DNA of 64,000 bases from Octopus vulgaris (taxonomy: Eukaryota), in NCBI GenBank assembly GCA_951406725.2, contig OX597830.1, positions 71,858,001-71,922,000 of the forward strand, written 5' to 3'. The position numbers and the translations under genes are program-made. Shown here piece by piece: positions 42,733 through 57,290 of the stretch; the first letter of the stretch is position 1, and the number at the start of each line of letters is the position of its first letter. The notes beneath the pieces are model-generated. The model did not search any database, was not told the DNA's origin, and was given only the letters and a program-made list of their open reading frames with translations.

Positions 42733-43148
42733 AGGAGTGGCTGTGTGGTAAGTAGCTTGCTAACCAACCACATGGTTCCGGGTTCAGTCCCACTGCGTGG
42801 CATCTTGGGCAAGTGTCTTCTGCTATAGCCCCGGGCCGACCAATGCCTTGTGAGTGGATTTGGTAGACGGAAACTGAAAGAAGCCTGTCGTATATATGTA
42901 TATATATATATATATATACGCATGTGTGTGTGTGTTTGTGTGTCTGTGTTTGTCCCCCCAACATCGCTTTACAACCGATGCTGGTGTGTTTATGTACCCG
43001 TCACATAGCGGTTCGGCAAAAGTGACCGATAGAACAAGTACTGGGTTTACAAAGAATAGGTCCAGGGGTCGATTTGCTCGACTAAAGGCGGTGCTCCAGC
43101 ACGGCCGCAGTCAGATGACTGAAACAAGTAAAAGAGAGAGTAAAGAGT
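42733..43148 (+). mobile_element. SINE group B, full length
   Basis: Head, CORE-like block, internal microsatellite and tail. Confidence 0.9.
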
Positions 43149-43265
43149 AAGTATTGGATTTTAGCATTTTGAATTTGTAGTTTTGTATGAGAGAGTAGTA
43201 CACATGTACCTAACTTTTGTATTGTTTCTTCCCCTCTATCCACACCTCATTCGTTCATGCTGTTT

Positions 43266-43301
<36 letters not shown>

Positions 43302-43645
43302 ATCTCCCTCTCTGTGTCACTCTGTTTCTCGCTTCCTTTCTCTTTCTTCTTTATCTCTCTACTCAGTAGCAGAAAGAATTAAAGCACCTTTTCAGTTAAT
43401 GTGTGTTTGAAATCCCAATTATCCCTTGTATGTCTGCATGTATGTATGTATGTATGTATGTATGTATGTATGTATGTATGTATGTATGTATGTATGTATG
43501 TATGTATGGTATGTATGTATGTATGTATGTATGTATGTATGTATGTATGTATGTATGTATGTATGTATGTATGTATGTATGTATGTATGTATGTATGTAT
43601 GTATGTATGTATGTATGTATGTATGTATGCATGTATGTATGTATG

Positions 43646-43679
<34 letters not shown>

Positions 43680-43717
43680 TGTATGTATATATGTATATAT
43701 GCGCGTGTATATATATG

Positions 43718-43748
<31 letters not shown>

Positions 43749-44324
43749 GAATGTATAAATGTATGTATGTATTTGTTTGTATATATATTAGGGTATATGT
43801 TTGTGTGTATGCGTGTTATGCTTGTATGTAGTGAGTATATATGTTAGAAGGAGTGAGAGAGGAAGGTTATATATACATGGATATGAGTTTGTGAGTAGGC
43901 GTGTATTTGTTTGTATATAATAGACTTAGTATACAATAGACTTGCAATCGCGTTTTGTGCATTCACATGTACACACAAAAGAATCTGTACATATATGCAA
44001 CTATGAATAGGTACATGTGTGCATTCAATCATGCTTACATACATACATAGAGACGTACATGCATACATATGTATACATATGTTTATGTATACAGGTATAC
44101 AAATATTCCACATTCAGACGACACAGGTATATATATATATATATATATACAAATTGAGATAGGGGTTGTAAATGCAACCCTCCATGGGATAACATATATC
44201 CAATATACTGCTAGTGAAGTACCCAACAAAGTTAATACATAAATGTTAAGAATTGCGATGCAATTAATTCCTTTACTGAATTATATGGGCAAAGGTAAAA
44301 TGTTTTACCACAAATTAATAATAG

Positions 44325-44631
44325 AAAATAAGAAAATGGAGAAATACATCTAAATCAATTATCAACTACCAGATAATACCCAATCACATAATTTATTAAA
44401 CCACTATATATGAACATTAAGGTCAAACATATTAATATAGAACAAAACAGTGTACATGAAGGAGTAATATGGTACAATAAGTACAGAATGTATAAGAGAA
44501 TATAAAAATATAAATATAATATAATATGTTTGACCTTAATGTTCATATGTAGTGGTTTAATAAATTATGTGATTGGGTATTATCTGGTAGTTGATAATTG
44601 ATTTAGATGTATTTCTCCATTTTCTTATTTT
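44325..44631. repeat. 110-bp-arm inverted repeat ending at (TA)n
   Basis: 44325-44434 vs 44522-44631, one mismatch. Confidence 0.93.
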
Positions 44632-45078
44632 GTATATATATATATATATATATATAAAGGAAAATTATCTTTTTATTTATTCATTATTATTATTATTAGT
44701 GCTTTCGTTCGTTTTTTGAACTTGTAAAATAGAATTTTGTGAATGTACAAACAGCCTGTTCATTTAGATAAAACGGATGTTTTGGGGGAGGTTTTGTTTA
44801 GAAAAGGAGGCATTGCCTTTGTCTTGTTTTTTTTTATGGGGGGATGGGGGAGGTTCCATAACAATGGAACTAGATAGATAGAAAGATAGGTAGGTCGATA
44901 GGTTGATAAATAGATAGATAGATAGATAGATAGAGGGTGAGAGAGGAGGAAGGGGATCCGCCTTCCTATTCACTATTCATTTATTTAGTCAATTTTGTCA
45001 ATTTATTTAGTACACCACGCCTAAAACTCGATACATACATACATGCATGCATGCATGCATACATACATATATACATAA

Positions 45079-45111
<33 letters not shown>

Positions 45112-45358
45112 GTATAATATAATATAAATAATATATATATATGCATATATACATGTATGTAAATATATATATATATGTAAGTATGTAATGTATGTATGTG
45201 TATGTGTATCTATCTATCTATCTATCCAAATATATACATATATATTTATGTAAGTGTATTTGTGTAAGTTTGTGTATACGTATATATATATGTGCGTGTG
45301 TGCGTGTATACATAGATACGTATACATATGCCTGCTATATGCATACACACACATACAC

Positions 45359-45389
<31 letters not shown>

Positions 45390-46234
45390 CGTAGTATATA
45401 TCTATTCGAATGGAACTGTTTGTAAGTTGTATAGCTTAGTATGTATACACGGACGCGCGTTAATACCTGTGTGGTCTCCTGAAATTATGCTTCAACGCCA
45501 TGCCCTACCTGCTGTTTTTTTGTTCTTTACGAAATTTACCTTTACCATTAGCCTCTTTTACAGCACAGAAACAACAACGGTACGTTGACAGCTGTGATTT
45601 ATTTTGATAAGGACTAAACCTAACCGAACTGTCAACACTTCCGTATTTTTATCTAAGGTTACAACAACTATTATCATTGAAGCCTACCATAAAGCCGATA
45701 TCTTCTCCTCCATATTTGGCGCAGTGTGACAGTCACACTGTTATAATTCACGGACTCTGTACCCAGGTGTCAGTAATTGAATCGTTATTTCTTAGAACTT
45801 CTATAAGTCTTTTTCCGTTGCTGTTTTCCTTGTTTTGAATTATTTTGGGAGATTTTTTTTCATTTAATATTTTTTCCTGTTTAAACCATATTCGTAAGTT
45901 TCTAAGTTTGTCTTAAAGACCTATGTTTGTTTTCAGACTTTCTGGTTTGCCCTTGTTTTATATCTCCTAAGTAACATACAGCTTTCTTTTCTTAAGTCCC
46001 AAGTTATTCTGGTCCTTGAAGTAAATCCTGAGTGTGTATCATGTATGATGTATGGACGCCAGGGTAATATGTCCTGTGCACCTAACATAGTACACAGGAC
46101 AGGCTGAATACTAAATGCACTTTCAAACAACTTGCAAGAATAAGCAGGGATGTGATTAACTATGAATTGCACTGTAACGGAAAATTAAGGAACGAGGACA
46201 ACTCCTGAAAATCGTAGTTAGACGTCTCTTTCTA

Positions 46235-46495
46235 GTCGGAGGATCGCGGTTTCGATTCCCAGACCGGGCGTTGTGTGTGTTTATTGAGCGTTGTGTGTGT
46301 TTATACAAGGCTCCGGTGTGGGGTGATGGCAACCCCTGTTGTACTCTTTTGCCACAACTTTCTCTCACTTTGTCTTCCTGTTTCTTGAGTAACGCTGCGA
46401 TGGACTGACGTCCCGTCCAGCTGGGGGGAACCCATACGCCACAGAAACCGGGAAACCGGGCCCATGAACCTGGCTAGGTTTGAAAAGGGCGACGT
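46235..46495 (+). mobile_element. SINE group C (tail b variant), 5'-truncated
   Basis: GGTTTCGATTCCCAGACCGGGCG head part plus GAAACCGGGAAACCGGGCCC tail. Confidence 0.75.
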
Positions 46496-46869
46496 TTATC
46501 GTTTTTTTTTTTAAATATATAGTAACTATCATTGGTGCAAGATCTGAAATTGTGGTGGATGGGTTTAGTCTACTACATCGACCATACTAGGCTGATCTTT
46601 AATTTTATTGGCCCTAAAAGAAGTGAAGACAAACTTGTTCTTACCAGAATGTAAATTCGGAATAGAAGGACTCAGAATAAATACTAAAGTATGAATGGAT
46701 GGATCATTGAATTCACTCTGGAGCGGCAAATCTAGCTTATGCTTTGTCAATCTCTAACGCGGAATAGTCGTAGGATATAGGCTGTCACCATTCTGTTTTG
46801 TAATGTAGAGGATTACCACTGACATTGATTTTCAGATATTAAAAAAATTGGGTATGAGTTCAAGGAAAG

Positions 46870-47050
46870 CAAAGATAAGATCAATCATTTTTCTGGATGG
46901 CTTGGGGGGGGGGGGTCTAGGGGGAAGCTGAAAGCCAGCTAAATTCACTGAATAAGACACTTGCATTGCTTTAGCACGGACATTATAATGGAATTTGGAC
47001 TGAAAAAGTTTGGAGTGTTGTTTCTGAAAAAAGAGGTAAGGTACAAAAAG
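46870..47050 (+). mobile_element. R4/Dong-type RT fragment
   Basis: FSTDIIMEFGLKK.GVL..KRGK motif, which follows the YMDD-equivalent region. Confidence 0.55.
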
Positions 47051-47187
47051 ACGGAGAAAAATTGCCTGTGCAAATTCGACCTCGGAAGAATTTGAACCCA
47101 GGAGGTAAACACAGGTGATGTATTTTGCCTTGCGTGGTTACGATTGGGCCAGCTCACCAACTTATTCCGGATTGTTATATTTTTTAT

Positions 47188-47345
47188 TAGGTGTGGCTGC
47201 CTGATAAGGAGTTTGCTTTTAAACACAAGGTTCCGGGTTTAGTCTAACTGCAAGACACCTTGGGCAGATGTCTTCTACTATAGCTTAGGGGTGACGAGAG
47301 CCTTGTGAGAGAATTTGGTAGACAGAAACTGAAAGAAGCCCGTCG

Positions 47346-47402
<57 letters not shown>

Positions 47403-47833
47403 ATTCAAGGAAAGAAAATGGAGAGAAAGTGCAGGTATGAAAAATTTATTTGTATATTTTAAAATGTTGAAAAATTTATTTTAAAAACATTAGAATACGA
47501 ATAAATTGAATATAAATTGTAAAAACTCAAGAAGGGTTTTAAAAACCTACATATGTTTCTGTGCTAGCACCCACCAAGTTAAATAGACATTCCAAGCATT
47601 TGGTTAACTGCTAAGAAAAAAGTCATTTTTTAATTATATGGTGAAGAACTTCTTCAGGGTTTTTGTGTGTTTGTAGGGCTTAGGTTATAGTTTTTGAAGG
47701 ATGCATAGAGAGTTTCCGTCAATATTAATAATATATATATAATTACAATAATCCCAAACATATACACATGACTTTCCCATTATATGATAGAGATTAACCA
47801 GTGGAATTTCTCGGCTTACATAACTCCCTCGAG

Positions 47834-47875
<42 letters not shown>

Positions 47876-48020
47876 TTGTGCGTGTGTGTGTGTGTGTGTG
47901 TGTGTTTGTGCTTGTGTGTGCGTATGTGTGTGCGTGTTTATGTGTGTATATATGTATGTATATATCTATGTATGTATGCATGCATGCATATATATATATA
48001 TATATATTTTAATATATATT

Positions 48021-48051
<31 letters not shown>

Positions 48052-48086
48052 GTACGTATATATATATATATAATTATATACATACA

Positions 48087-48138
<52 letters not shown>

Positions 48139-48164
48139 CACACACACACTCATATATATATATT

Positions 48165-48201
<37 letters not shown>

Positions 48202-48202
48202 T

Positions 48203-48241
<39 letters not shown>

Positions 48242-48500
48242 GTATATATATATGCATGTATGTATATACATACATCTATGTATGTGAGCGTGGTTTTGTT
48301 TTTGTGTCTGTGTTTGATCCTCAGCAGTGTTATTTGACAACCGGTGTTGGTGTGTTTACGTTCGCGTTGCTTAGCTGTCTGTTCTGCAAAAGAGACCTGA
48401 TAGAATAAGTAACGGGAGCGATTCGTTCGACTAAAGTTCTTCGAGACTATGCCCCAGCATGACCGCTGTCAAATGAGTGAAAAAAGTAAAACATAAAAGT
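47188..48500 (+). mobile_element. SINE group B split by insertions in its internal microsatellite
   Basis: Head 47188-47345, tail 48290-48500; about 430-bp hammerhead-bearing insert at 47403-47835. Confidence 0.7.
47541..47664 (-). ncRNA. Type I hammerhead ribozyme motif, intact core, 91-nt stem II domain
   Basis: AAAAACC-CTGAAGA-[91 nt]-GAAAC-ATAT-GTA|GGTTTTT; perfect 7-bp stem I; palindromic stem III ACATATGT. Confidence 0.7.
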
Positions 48501-48766
48501 GTAATTTATTTAATAATTTAGTTCAGGTTCCGCTTACGAGCGTAAATATTTAACTTGAAGCGGATGATAACAGAATCACAATCGCTGACACTAGAACAAT
48601 GGAGTTAGTTCCCTTACACCTCACATATGGAACTCCCTCCCCCCTTACTTTCTTCGCCTCCATCTCTATCTCTCTGCCTAGATACGGGTCTTGGCGCTGT
48701 TTTATGCTTTCTCTCTCACGCACTCTCACTCCTTCTGTGTCTTTCTATTATTGTATGTACTCACAA

Positions 48767-48960
48767 GGCAGCGAGCTTGGCAGTATGCTTAGTAGGTTAC
48801 GCTAAATGCTTGTCAGCATTTCGCCCGTCTTTGAGTTTAAATACCGACGAGGTCATCAGGGATTTCATCCTTTCGGGGTCGATTAACATAAGTACCAGCT
48901 GAACACTGGGGTTGATGTACACGACTAGCCCCCGTCCCAAAAAATTTCAGGTTTTGAACC
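48767..48960 (+). mobile_element. SINE group A, diverged
   Basis: GGCAGCGAGCTTGGCAG head and TTTCATCCTTTCGGGGTCGAT core. Confidence 0.7.
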
Positions 48961-49001
48961 TTTAATACTAGGCTTACAAAGAATAAGTCCAGGGGCCGAT
49001 T

Positions 49002-49045
<44 letters not shown>

Positions 49046-49046
<1 letters not shown>

Positions 49047-49267
49047 TTTTATTCTTTTATTTGTTTTAGTCATTTGACTGCGGCTATGCTGGAGCATCGC
49101 CTTTAGTCGAACAAATCGGCCCCAGGGCTTATTCTTTGTAAGCGTAGTACTTGTTCTATCGGTCACTTTTGCCGAACAGGTGTTACGGGGATGTAAACAC
49201 ACTAACATCGGTTTCAAGGGATGGTAGGGGAATAAACACAGACACACACACACAACACAAACATACA

Positions 49268-49319
<52 letters not shown>

Positions 49320-49487
49320 AATATTGATACTACGGGCTTCATTCAGTTTCCGTCTACTAAATCCGCTCACAAGGCCTTGGTCGGCCCGAGGCAACAGTAG
49401 AAAACACTAGCCGAAGGTGTCACGCATTTGGACTGAAACCGGCACCTTGTGGTTGGGAAGCAAGCTACATACCACACAGCCACTCCT
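49046..49487 (-). mobile_element. SINE group B
   Basis: Reverse complement of 42733-43148. Confidence 0.85.
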
Positions 49488-49804
49488 CTAAATATATCAA
49501 TATATAAGTGCGTACGTTTGTATGTATGTATATATTTAGGTATATATGCATGTATGATACTGACTAAGCAACAGACTTTTCAGGATAATTGTATTTCAAC
49601 GCATACGTTGCTGCTAAAGCGGCTGTTTTTCTTTTATGTTGTAGCTTAGTACCAGATTAAGTCCGATTGAGCCAAACAATGAAAAACTTACCTGATTGAA
49701 TAGATTCGTTTGAAAAGGACCTCATTACATAGAAACACACCCATACATCGTGCATATACACATATGCAACATATTATACATATATATAACATACAATATA
49801 CAAT

Positions 49805-49866
<62 letters not shown>

Positions 49867-50052
49867 GTTTATATATATGTATATATATATATGCATATAT
49901 ATATACACATATCGTATATACATATATATATACACATATACACGTCATATATAAATATACATACCATACAATGTGCAATTGATATGTAAGTATATATACG
50001 TATATGTACATATATATATATATATGTGTATATGTATATATACATATATGCA

Positions 50053-50107
<55 letters not shown>

Positions 50108-50254
50108 GCATATACATACATGTATATATAGATATAGACACAGACACACATACATATATATGTGCGAGCGTACAGACACACACACACACACACACACACA
50201 CGCATATATATACACACATACGTATATACATACAGTCATACATACATACATACA

Positions 50255-50290
<36 letters not shown>

Positions 50291-50509
50291 TACATACATA
50301 CACACAACACTACACCTTCTGCAACGCAGTAATTAATCACATGACGCTCCGTGGTACGTTGGAGACATTTTACTACCTACGTTTCCTAATCTTTTATGTA
50401 AACATAATATCACCGTTGTTATTATTGGCAAAATTGCATGACCCCAAATCTGTGCATATCTTACTGTTATTATTAACATTAGCAAAATTTAATCCATAAA
50501 TTGTATACC

Positions 50510-50760
50510 ATGGACTAAATATCGTAGTAGCCGTTCTTTATTCGGCTGCTAGGTGAAGCAAAAGAGTGTTTTGCCTGTTATGAAAAGAGGGTGAGTGACA
50601 TTATACAGATACTGCACTGTGGTGTAGAGACCTTGTTGCTGTTGTCTAGACCCAAGGGTGGGACTAAATCGACCGAGGAGTAAGTATTCTGGTAAAATGT
50701 AATCCCCACGAGACCTGCCGGTCTTATTAATTTCATGTACCTAAAATTAAATTTGGAAAT
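50510..50760 (-). pseudogene. Candidate APCDD1-like exon (domain end), apparent frameshift
   Basis: TTACAG acceptor; FNFRYMKLIR in one frame and PEYLLLGRFSP...YTTVQYLYN in another (compare NFAMHELQLIR...EELFLG...SSYQ). Confidence 0.45.
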
Positions 50761-50949
50761 CTGTAACACATACGGGCGCACATGGACAATGCAGACACAT
50801 ACACACGCGAACACACACCCACACACACACACACATGAACACAGACATACTCACAGACCATCACGCACACACACACACATATACACAGAAACACACACAC
50901 AAAAATTGCATAATTTCACGTACATACACACCTGCACGTATGGATACGC

Positions 50950-51341
50950 TTTACTCTTTACTCTTTTACTTGTTTCAGTCATTTGACTGCGGCCATGCTG
51001 GAGCACCGCCTTTAGTCGAGCAACTCGATCCCAGGATTTATTCTTTTGTAAGCCCAGTACTTATTCTATCGGTGTCTTTTGCCGAAACGCTAAGTAACGG
51101 AGACATAAACACACTAGCATCGGTTGTCAAGCAATGCTAGGGGGACAAACACAGACACACAAACACACACACATACATATATACGACGGGCTTCTTTCAG
51201 TTTCCGTCTACCAAATCCACTCACAAGGCTTTGGTCGGCCCGGGGCTATAGTAGAAGACACTTGCCCAAGGTGCCATGCAATGGGACTGAACGCAAAACC
51301 ATGTGGTTGGTATACAAGCAACTTACCACACAGCCACTCCT
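50950..51341 (-). mobile_element. SINE group B
   Basis: Reverse complement of 42733-43148. Confidence 0.88.
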
Positions 51342-51659
51342 CCACCTATAGATATATGTGTGCATGTATGTGTGTGTGTACGGTGTGTATAAATGTATAC
51401 ATGTATACACACTCACATACACAAACAAAAAAGTGAGCACACACACACTATATATATATATAGGATAACATTTTCAAAAAAATTTTATCACTGTCCAGTA
51501 TATTCAAAAATACCTTTTAAGGCGAAAATTATAAACAACTTATAAATAAGGGCAAATAATTTATCACTATAGTGATGAATTATATGTGGTTATTGACGAT
51601 TTAAAGTCTATTCTCGGCATATTTGGCATAGAAATATATATTTCTTTTGCCATTATTTA

Positions 51660-51755
<96 letters not shown>

Positions 51756-51809
51756 ACATATATATATATATATATACATACATATACACACGCACACACA
51801 TACATATAT

Positions 51810-51858
<49 letters not shown>

Positions 51859-51964
51859 CATACATATATACATACACACACACATACACACATATATATA
51901 TGTAGACAAATACAGAGAGAGTAGAGAGAGAGAAGGAGTGACAGACAGACAGATCGATCGATCG

Positions 51965-52092
<128 letters not shown>

Positions 52093-52592
52093 GGACAGAT
52101 ATTTGTTGCTAATAAGTTTCGAAGGAAAGAGTACTCAATAACTTGATAGAGATTAATGAGAAATTATTGAAGGAGAGTCAGTCACTCCTTTCACTAGGTT
52201 TAACCTGTTTTCACACAGAATTCTCAGCATAGTTTGGCTCTACTAAGATAATTCATAGGTATGTATGTATGTATGTATGTATGTATGTATGTATGTATGT
52301 ATGTATGTATGTATGTATGTATGTATGTGTATGTATGTATGTATGTATGTATGCGTGTGTGTATGCATGTATGTATATGTGTATATATATATATGTGTGT
52401 GTGTGTATGTATGTATGTATGTTTGTATGTATATATGTATGTGTGTATATATGTGTGTGTGTATGTATGTATGTGTGTGTGTATGTTTGCATGTATGTAT
52501 GTGTCTATGTATCTATGTGTATGTATGTATGTATACTAACGCAAATCTGTCAACATGTTGACTGAATTATATATAAAACTATAGCTTTATTA

Positions 52593-52698
52593 AGTTCGTT
52601 CAGAGTTGCCTCTCTTAGGTACATCGCATTGATAAGAGTCAAATAACTCGAAACATCGATGTCTGAGATTCCCGAGGGATGGCGACCCTGAATGAACT
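52593..52698 (+). ncRNA. Type I hammerhead motif with long extended stem I (core TTGATAA)
   Basis: ATCGCA-TTGATAA-GAGT caaata ACTC-GAAAC-ATCGAT-GTC|TGAGAT, enclosed by AGTTCGTTCAGAGTTGCC / GGCGACCCTGAATGAACT (17/18 paired including G-U). Confidence 0.72.
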
Positions 52699-52846
52699 AG
52701 GTGTTTTCACACCTTTTTACCATAAGGGAGATTTTTCTCCAAGGTAACTGGCGTGTGCCTGCCTTTAGCAGTTGAAATATGTGAGAAGCCTATTTCAAGT
52801 GACCTAAATTCATATATATACACACACACACGCACACACACACACG

Positions 52847-52923
<77 letters not shown>

Positions 52924-53051
52924 TATATTGAGGGTACTACTATTCGTAGATACCATACGCTAAGAGGGACCAATGCGGTCAAAACTACTAAAATAAACAA
53001 AATTTTACCGAATGCAAAACTTCAAAGCAAATCATTTAAAAAAAGAATTTA

Positions 53052-53115
53052 GTTACATATCACCTGTGATTTCGCAATTAATGCAGAATATGCATTCTAT
53101 GTTCATCAGTGCAAC
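53052..53115 (-). ncRNA. Type I hammerhead ribozyme motif, intact CTGATGA core
   Basis: GTTGCA-CTGATGA-ACA..AATGCA tattc TGCATT..TGC-GAAA-TCAC ag GTGAT-A|TGTAAC; stems I and III fully paired. Confidence 0.78.
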
Positions 53116-53169
53116 AAACTCAAGATATATAAGAAAAAACATAACGTTACAAGCTCGATAGCCAACCCT

Positions 53170-53383
53170 CAAGGGGTTACACGCAGAGGGGACAAACACG
53201 GACAGACAAATGGATTAAGTCGATTACATCGTCTCCAGTGCGTAATTGGTACTTACTTTATCGACCGCGAAAGGATGAAAGGTAAAGTCGACCTCGGCGA
53301 AATTTGAACTCAGAACGTAGCGGCAGACGAAATACCACTAAGCAGTTCGCCCGGCGTGCTAACGTTTCTGCCAGCTCACCGCT
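53170..53383 (-). mobile_element. SINE group A
   Basis: Reverse complement of 32397-32629. Confidence 0.88.
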
Positions 53384-53405
53384 TAAGAGGCTCTTACGTA
53401 CTACT

Positions 53406-53780
53406 GGATGGAAGCACTCCGTCGGTTACGACGACGAGGGTTCCTGCTCGTGAAATTAACGTGTAAGTGGCTGAGCACTCCACAGACACGTGTACCCTTA
53501 ACGTAGTTCTCGGAGATATTCAGCGTGACACAGAGAGTGACAAGCCCGGCCCTTTGAAATACAGGTACTACAGAAACAGGAAGTAAGAGTGAGAGAAAGT
53601 TGTGGTGAAAGAGTACAGCAGGGATCACCACCATCCCTGCCGGAGCCTCGTGGAGCTTTAGGTGTTTTCGCTCAATAAACACTCACAACGCCCGGTCTGG
53701 GAATCGAAACCGCGATCCTACGACCGCGATCCTACCACCGCGAGTCCGCTGCCCTAACCACTGGGCCATTGCGCCTCCAC
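53406..53780 (-). mobile_element. SINE group C (tail a), 10-bp TSD
   Basis: TSD ACGTACTACT at 53396-53405 and 53781-53790; small internal duplication in the head. Confidence 0.92.
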
Positions 53781-54491
53781 ACGTACTACTAATTCGTATA
53801 CATACGAGACATCTCTTAGGATTTCTTCGTGACTCTCTAGAAATTTCCCTCTAGCCATTCAATTAATAACCGGCAGCAAATAAAATGAACACATCAACTA
53901 TATTAACTTTTACAAGTTATGTATCAGTCTGATGTTGAAATCCCCGATGTTGCCAAGATTTACGCCGATATATTTCAAAATTACTGCATGTTAAGTAACT
54001 AGAATATCTTTCACACAACCTTTCACATTTTGAGCCAAAATAGTCAACGACTTCAAGAATATCATTAAACAGAAATTATATAATATATTTCTGTATTTTA
54101 TTTAGTTAATCTTGATATATTTACGTACATTTAATTAATTAAATATTGGCTAAATATAACTAACGGTAAATTAATGTACAATTAAATTTAATTACTCAGT
54201 TATTCGTGTGCATGTTTGAATGCCTGTAGATATGTATATATGTGCGTATATGTGTATATGCGTATATGTGTATATTATGTGCGTATGGATTAAGTATTTA
54301 CGTATGCATGTATGTATGCATACGCATACAGCACCACCCAACACACATACAAATATAGATGCACGTGTGTGAGCGCGTGAGAACATAACTAGATTTAACT
54401 AATTAAAAAAAGCACAAAATCCGCAGATATAAATATACACAGAAACAGAAATTGCCAGACACGCTCATACATGCACACGCATTTACATGTG

Positions 54492-54608
<117 letters not shown>

Positions 54609-55036
54609 CACACACATGAAGAATGCAAAATGCAAGTAAATATATATTTCAATCTAAAATTAATTATTATATATGTGAACATAAATTCACTAAAGCACAC
54701 AAAACCAATTCGGTTCTCGTTTTCCGGTCCCGATTTTCATACGATTCACTAGGCGAGGAACTTTAATCTTCAAGATACTCCTCAGGGAATGAGCTTTGAA
54801 TAAAGGACGATATATCTTCTACATGAATTTATATTTATATGTGTGTGTCTGTGTTTGCATGTGTGTATGTATGTATGTATGTATGTATGTATGTATGTAT
54901 GTATGTATGCATGTATGTACGCATTGTATGTATGTGTGTCTTAATGAGGTGATTTTGCAAGTAAGAATAATCGTAAATACATCTTCGTTTCTAATACACA
55001 CACTTTCTATTTAACACACACACACATACACACACA

Positions 55037-55106
<70 letters not shown>

Positions 55107-55142
55107 TACCTACACGCGTGCATATACAGACATGCATACTTA

Positions 55143-55186
<44 letters not shown>

Positions 55187-56837
55187 ATATATATAAATTT
55201 CCACACATATATTCATACATACATTCACATACACACTCACACATACAAAAACACACGTACACACATACATACACACACATAACACATTCTAGCAACTTAT
55301 GACATGTTATACTAATCAGATATGACGGGGTGCCCTCTAGAAAATTCATTCTGTTAGTTAAATTGGCTACTAATTTACTTACAGTTTAACACTTTACGTG
55401 ACATTTCTATTAACATCATCATCATCATCATCATCTTCCTCCTCAACATCATCATGGTCGTCGTCGTCTCTTCATCATTATCATCATCATCGTCGTCGTC
55501 GTCATCGTCATCATTACCCACGCCATTATCATTGTCATCAAAATCGATATCGTCATCGTCATCTTCGATATCATCATCATCACCATCGTCATCATCATCA
55601 TCATCATCATCACGTAGGTTTCTACACAAAAGATCCAAGATACCCGTTATTTAATGAATACATGCATAGATGTGCACACATCACGTTTATACACGTGTAT
55701 CACACGCACACATATCTAGAGCTACATGTGCACATATGTATTCATGCGTGTGTGTGTGTGTGTGTGCATGTGTGTGTGCATGCATGTGTGTGTGCGTGTG
55801 TAATTGTATAATTGGCGCGAAAATATGTTACCCAGTACGGAATATATGATATTGTTTGGAAGCTGTACATTGATAATCGTTGTGTTTCACGCATTTAACA
55901 TTTGCGTGACAATGGACATTGGAACATTGGAACATATTCAAATATCAAACAACGTTGGAATTTTGATATCAAATATACTTTGTTTGGATAGAATTTAAAC
56001 AAACAGAGCTTAGCGGTTGACAATTTAATTTGCATGATGGTAATGTCTATCGGTTTGTAAAACTACAATAGGACAGGTTATGTAAGTAAGTTGATAAAGG
56101 CTGTTGAGAACAAGACAGATAAGGGAAATAATTACAGAATATGAAAATTATAAACATAATTTCTTCCATCTAAGGGGTCTGTTATGGAAGAAAACGCGTT
56201 CGGAGAAAGAGGAAACACAAAAAAGGGGTTAAACTTTTGGAGTCCAATAATTGTAAAGGAAATATTTATTCACGCCTAGAAACTAGAGCGAATATGTTCT
56301 TAGATTCTTAATTTCAAAGCTCTCAAAGACGGGCAATTCAGGTTGCTCTCAAAAACGGACAATTACTTCGTAAAGATCAAAAATATATATTCTGATTTTC
56401 GAACGAAGTAAATTTAGTGTTGATTACTTCTAATTACTATTAAATCATTCTGAAAGATGGTCAGACATATTTATTGACTACTATAATTACTATATATGTT
56501 ATGCTTGCTATTTATTCCTAATTCATTTTTTTTTGTTCTCGCCTGTATTTAGTGTTTCTAAAACAATTAGATTTGTGATTTTTAAGTATAATAAGTGGTG
56601 TGCGTGAGACTAAATATACTTCCTCGTCTATATTAAGAAGGTTGACTTTATATTTAGCTTTTTTAGTTAACAGAATGTGTTTGCTTCAGATTTTTGTAAA
56701 TTTCTACCATGATACTAATTAGATTAGATTAAATGTGTTTTTAGCAAAAACGTCCCAGTTTTAATTCAAACACGTAAGAATAAACAATCAGGTGGTACAA
56801 TCTAGCCTTTATTTCTTTGTACTTTCAAGCAAATCCC

Positions 56838-57054
56838 CTCTTTACTCTCTCTTTTACTTGTTTCAGTCATTTGACGGCGGCCATGCTGGAGCACCGCCTT
56901 TAGTCGAGCAGATCGACCCCAGGACTTATTCTTTGTAAGTCTAGTACTTATTCTATCGGTCTCTTTTGCCAAGCCGCTAAATTACGGGTACGTAAACACA
57001 CCAGCATCAGTTGTCAAGCGATGTTGGGGACAAACACGCACACGCACACACACG

Positions 57055-57108
<54 letters not shown>

Positions 57109-57290
57109 TGTATATATACATATACATATATACGACGGGCTTCTTTCAGTTTCTGTCTACCAAATTCACTCACAAGGCTTTGTTCGGCCTGAGGCTACAG
57201 TAGAAGACACTTGCCCAAGGTGTCACGCAGTTGGATTGAAACCGGAACCATGTGGTTGGTAAGCAAGCTACTTACCACGCGGCCACTCTT
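56838..57290 (-). mobile_element. SINE group B
   Basis: Reverse complement of 42733-43148. Confidence 0.88.

Noticed and set aside
50553-50590. Plus-strand 38-nt micro-exon (G)EAKECFACYEKR with good AG/GTGAGT sites, Ly6-like CxxC
   Set aside because: Too short to support, no partner exons, and it overlaps the better-supported minus-strand block
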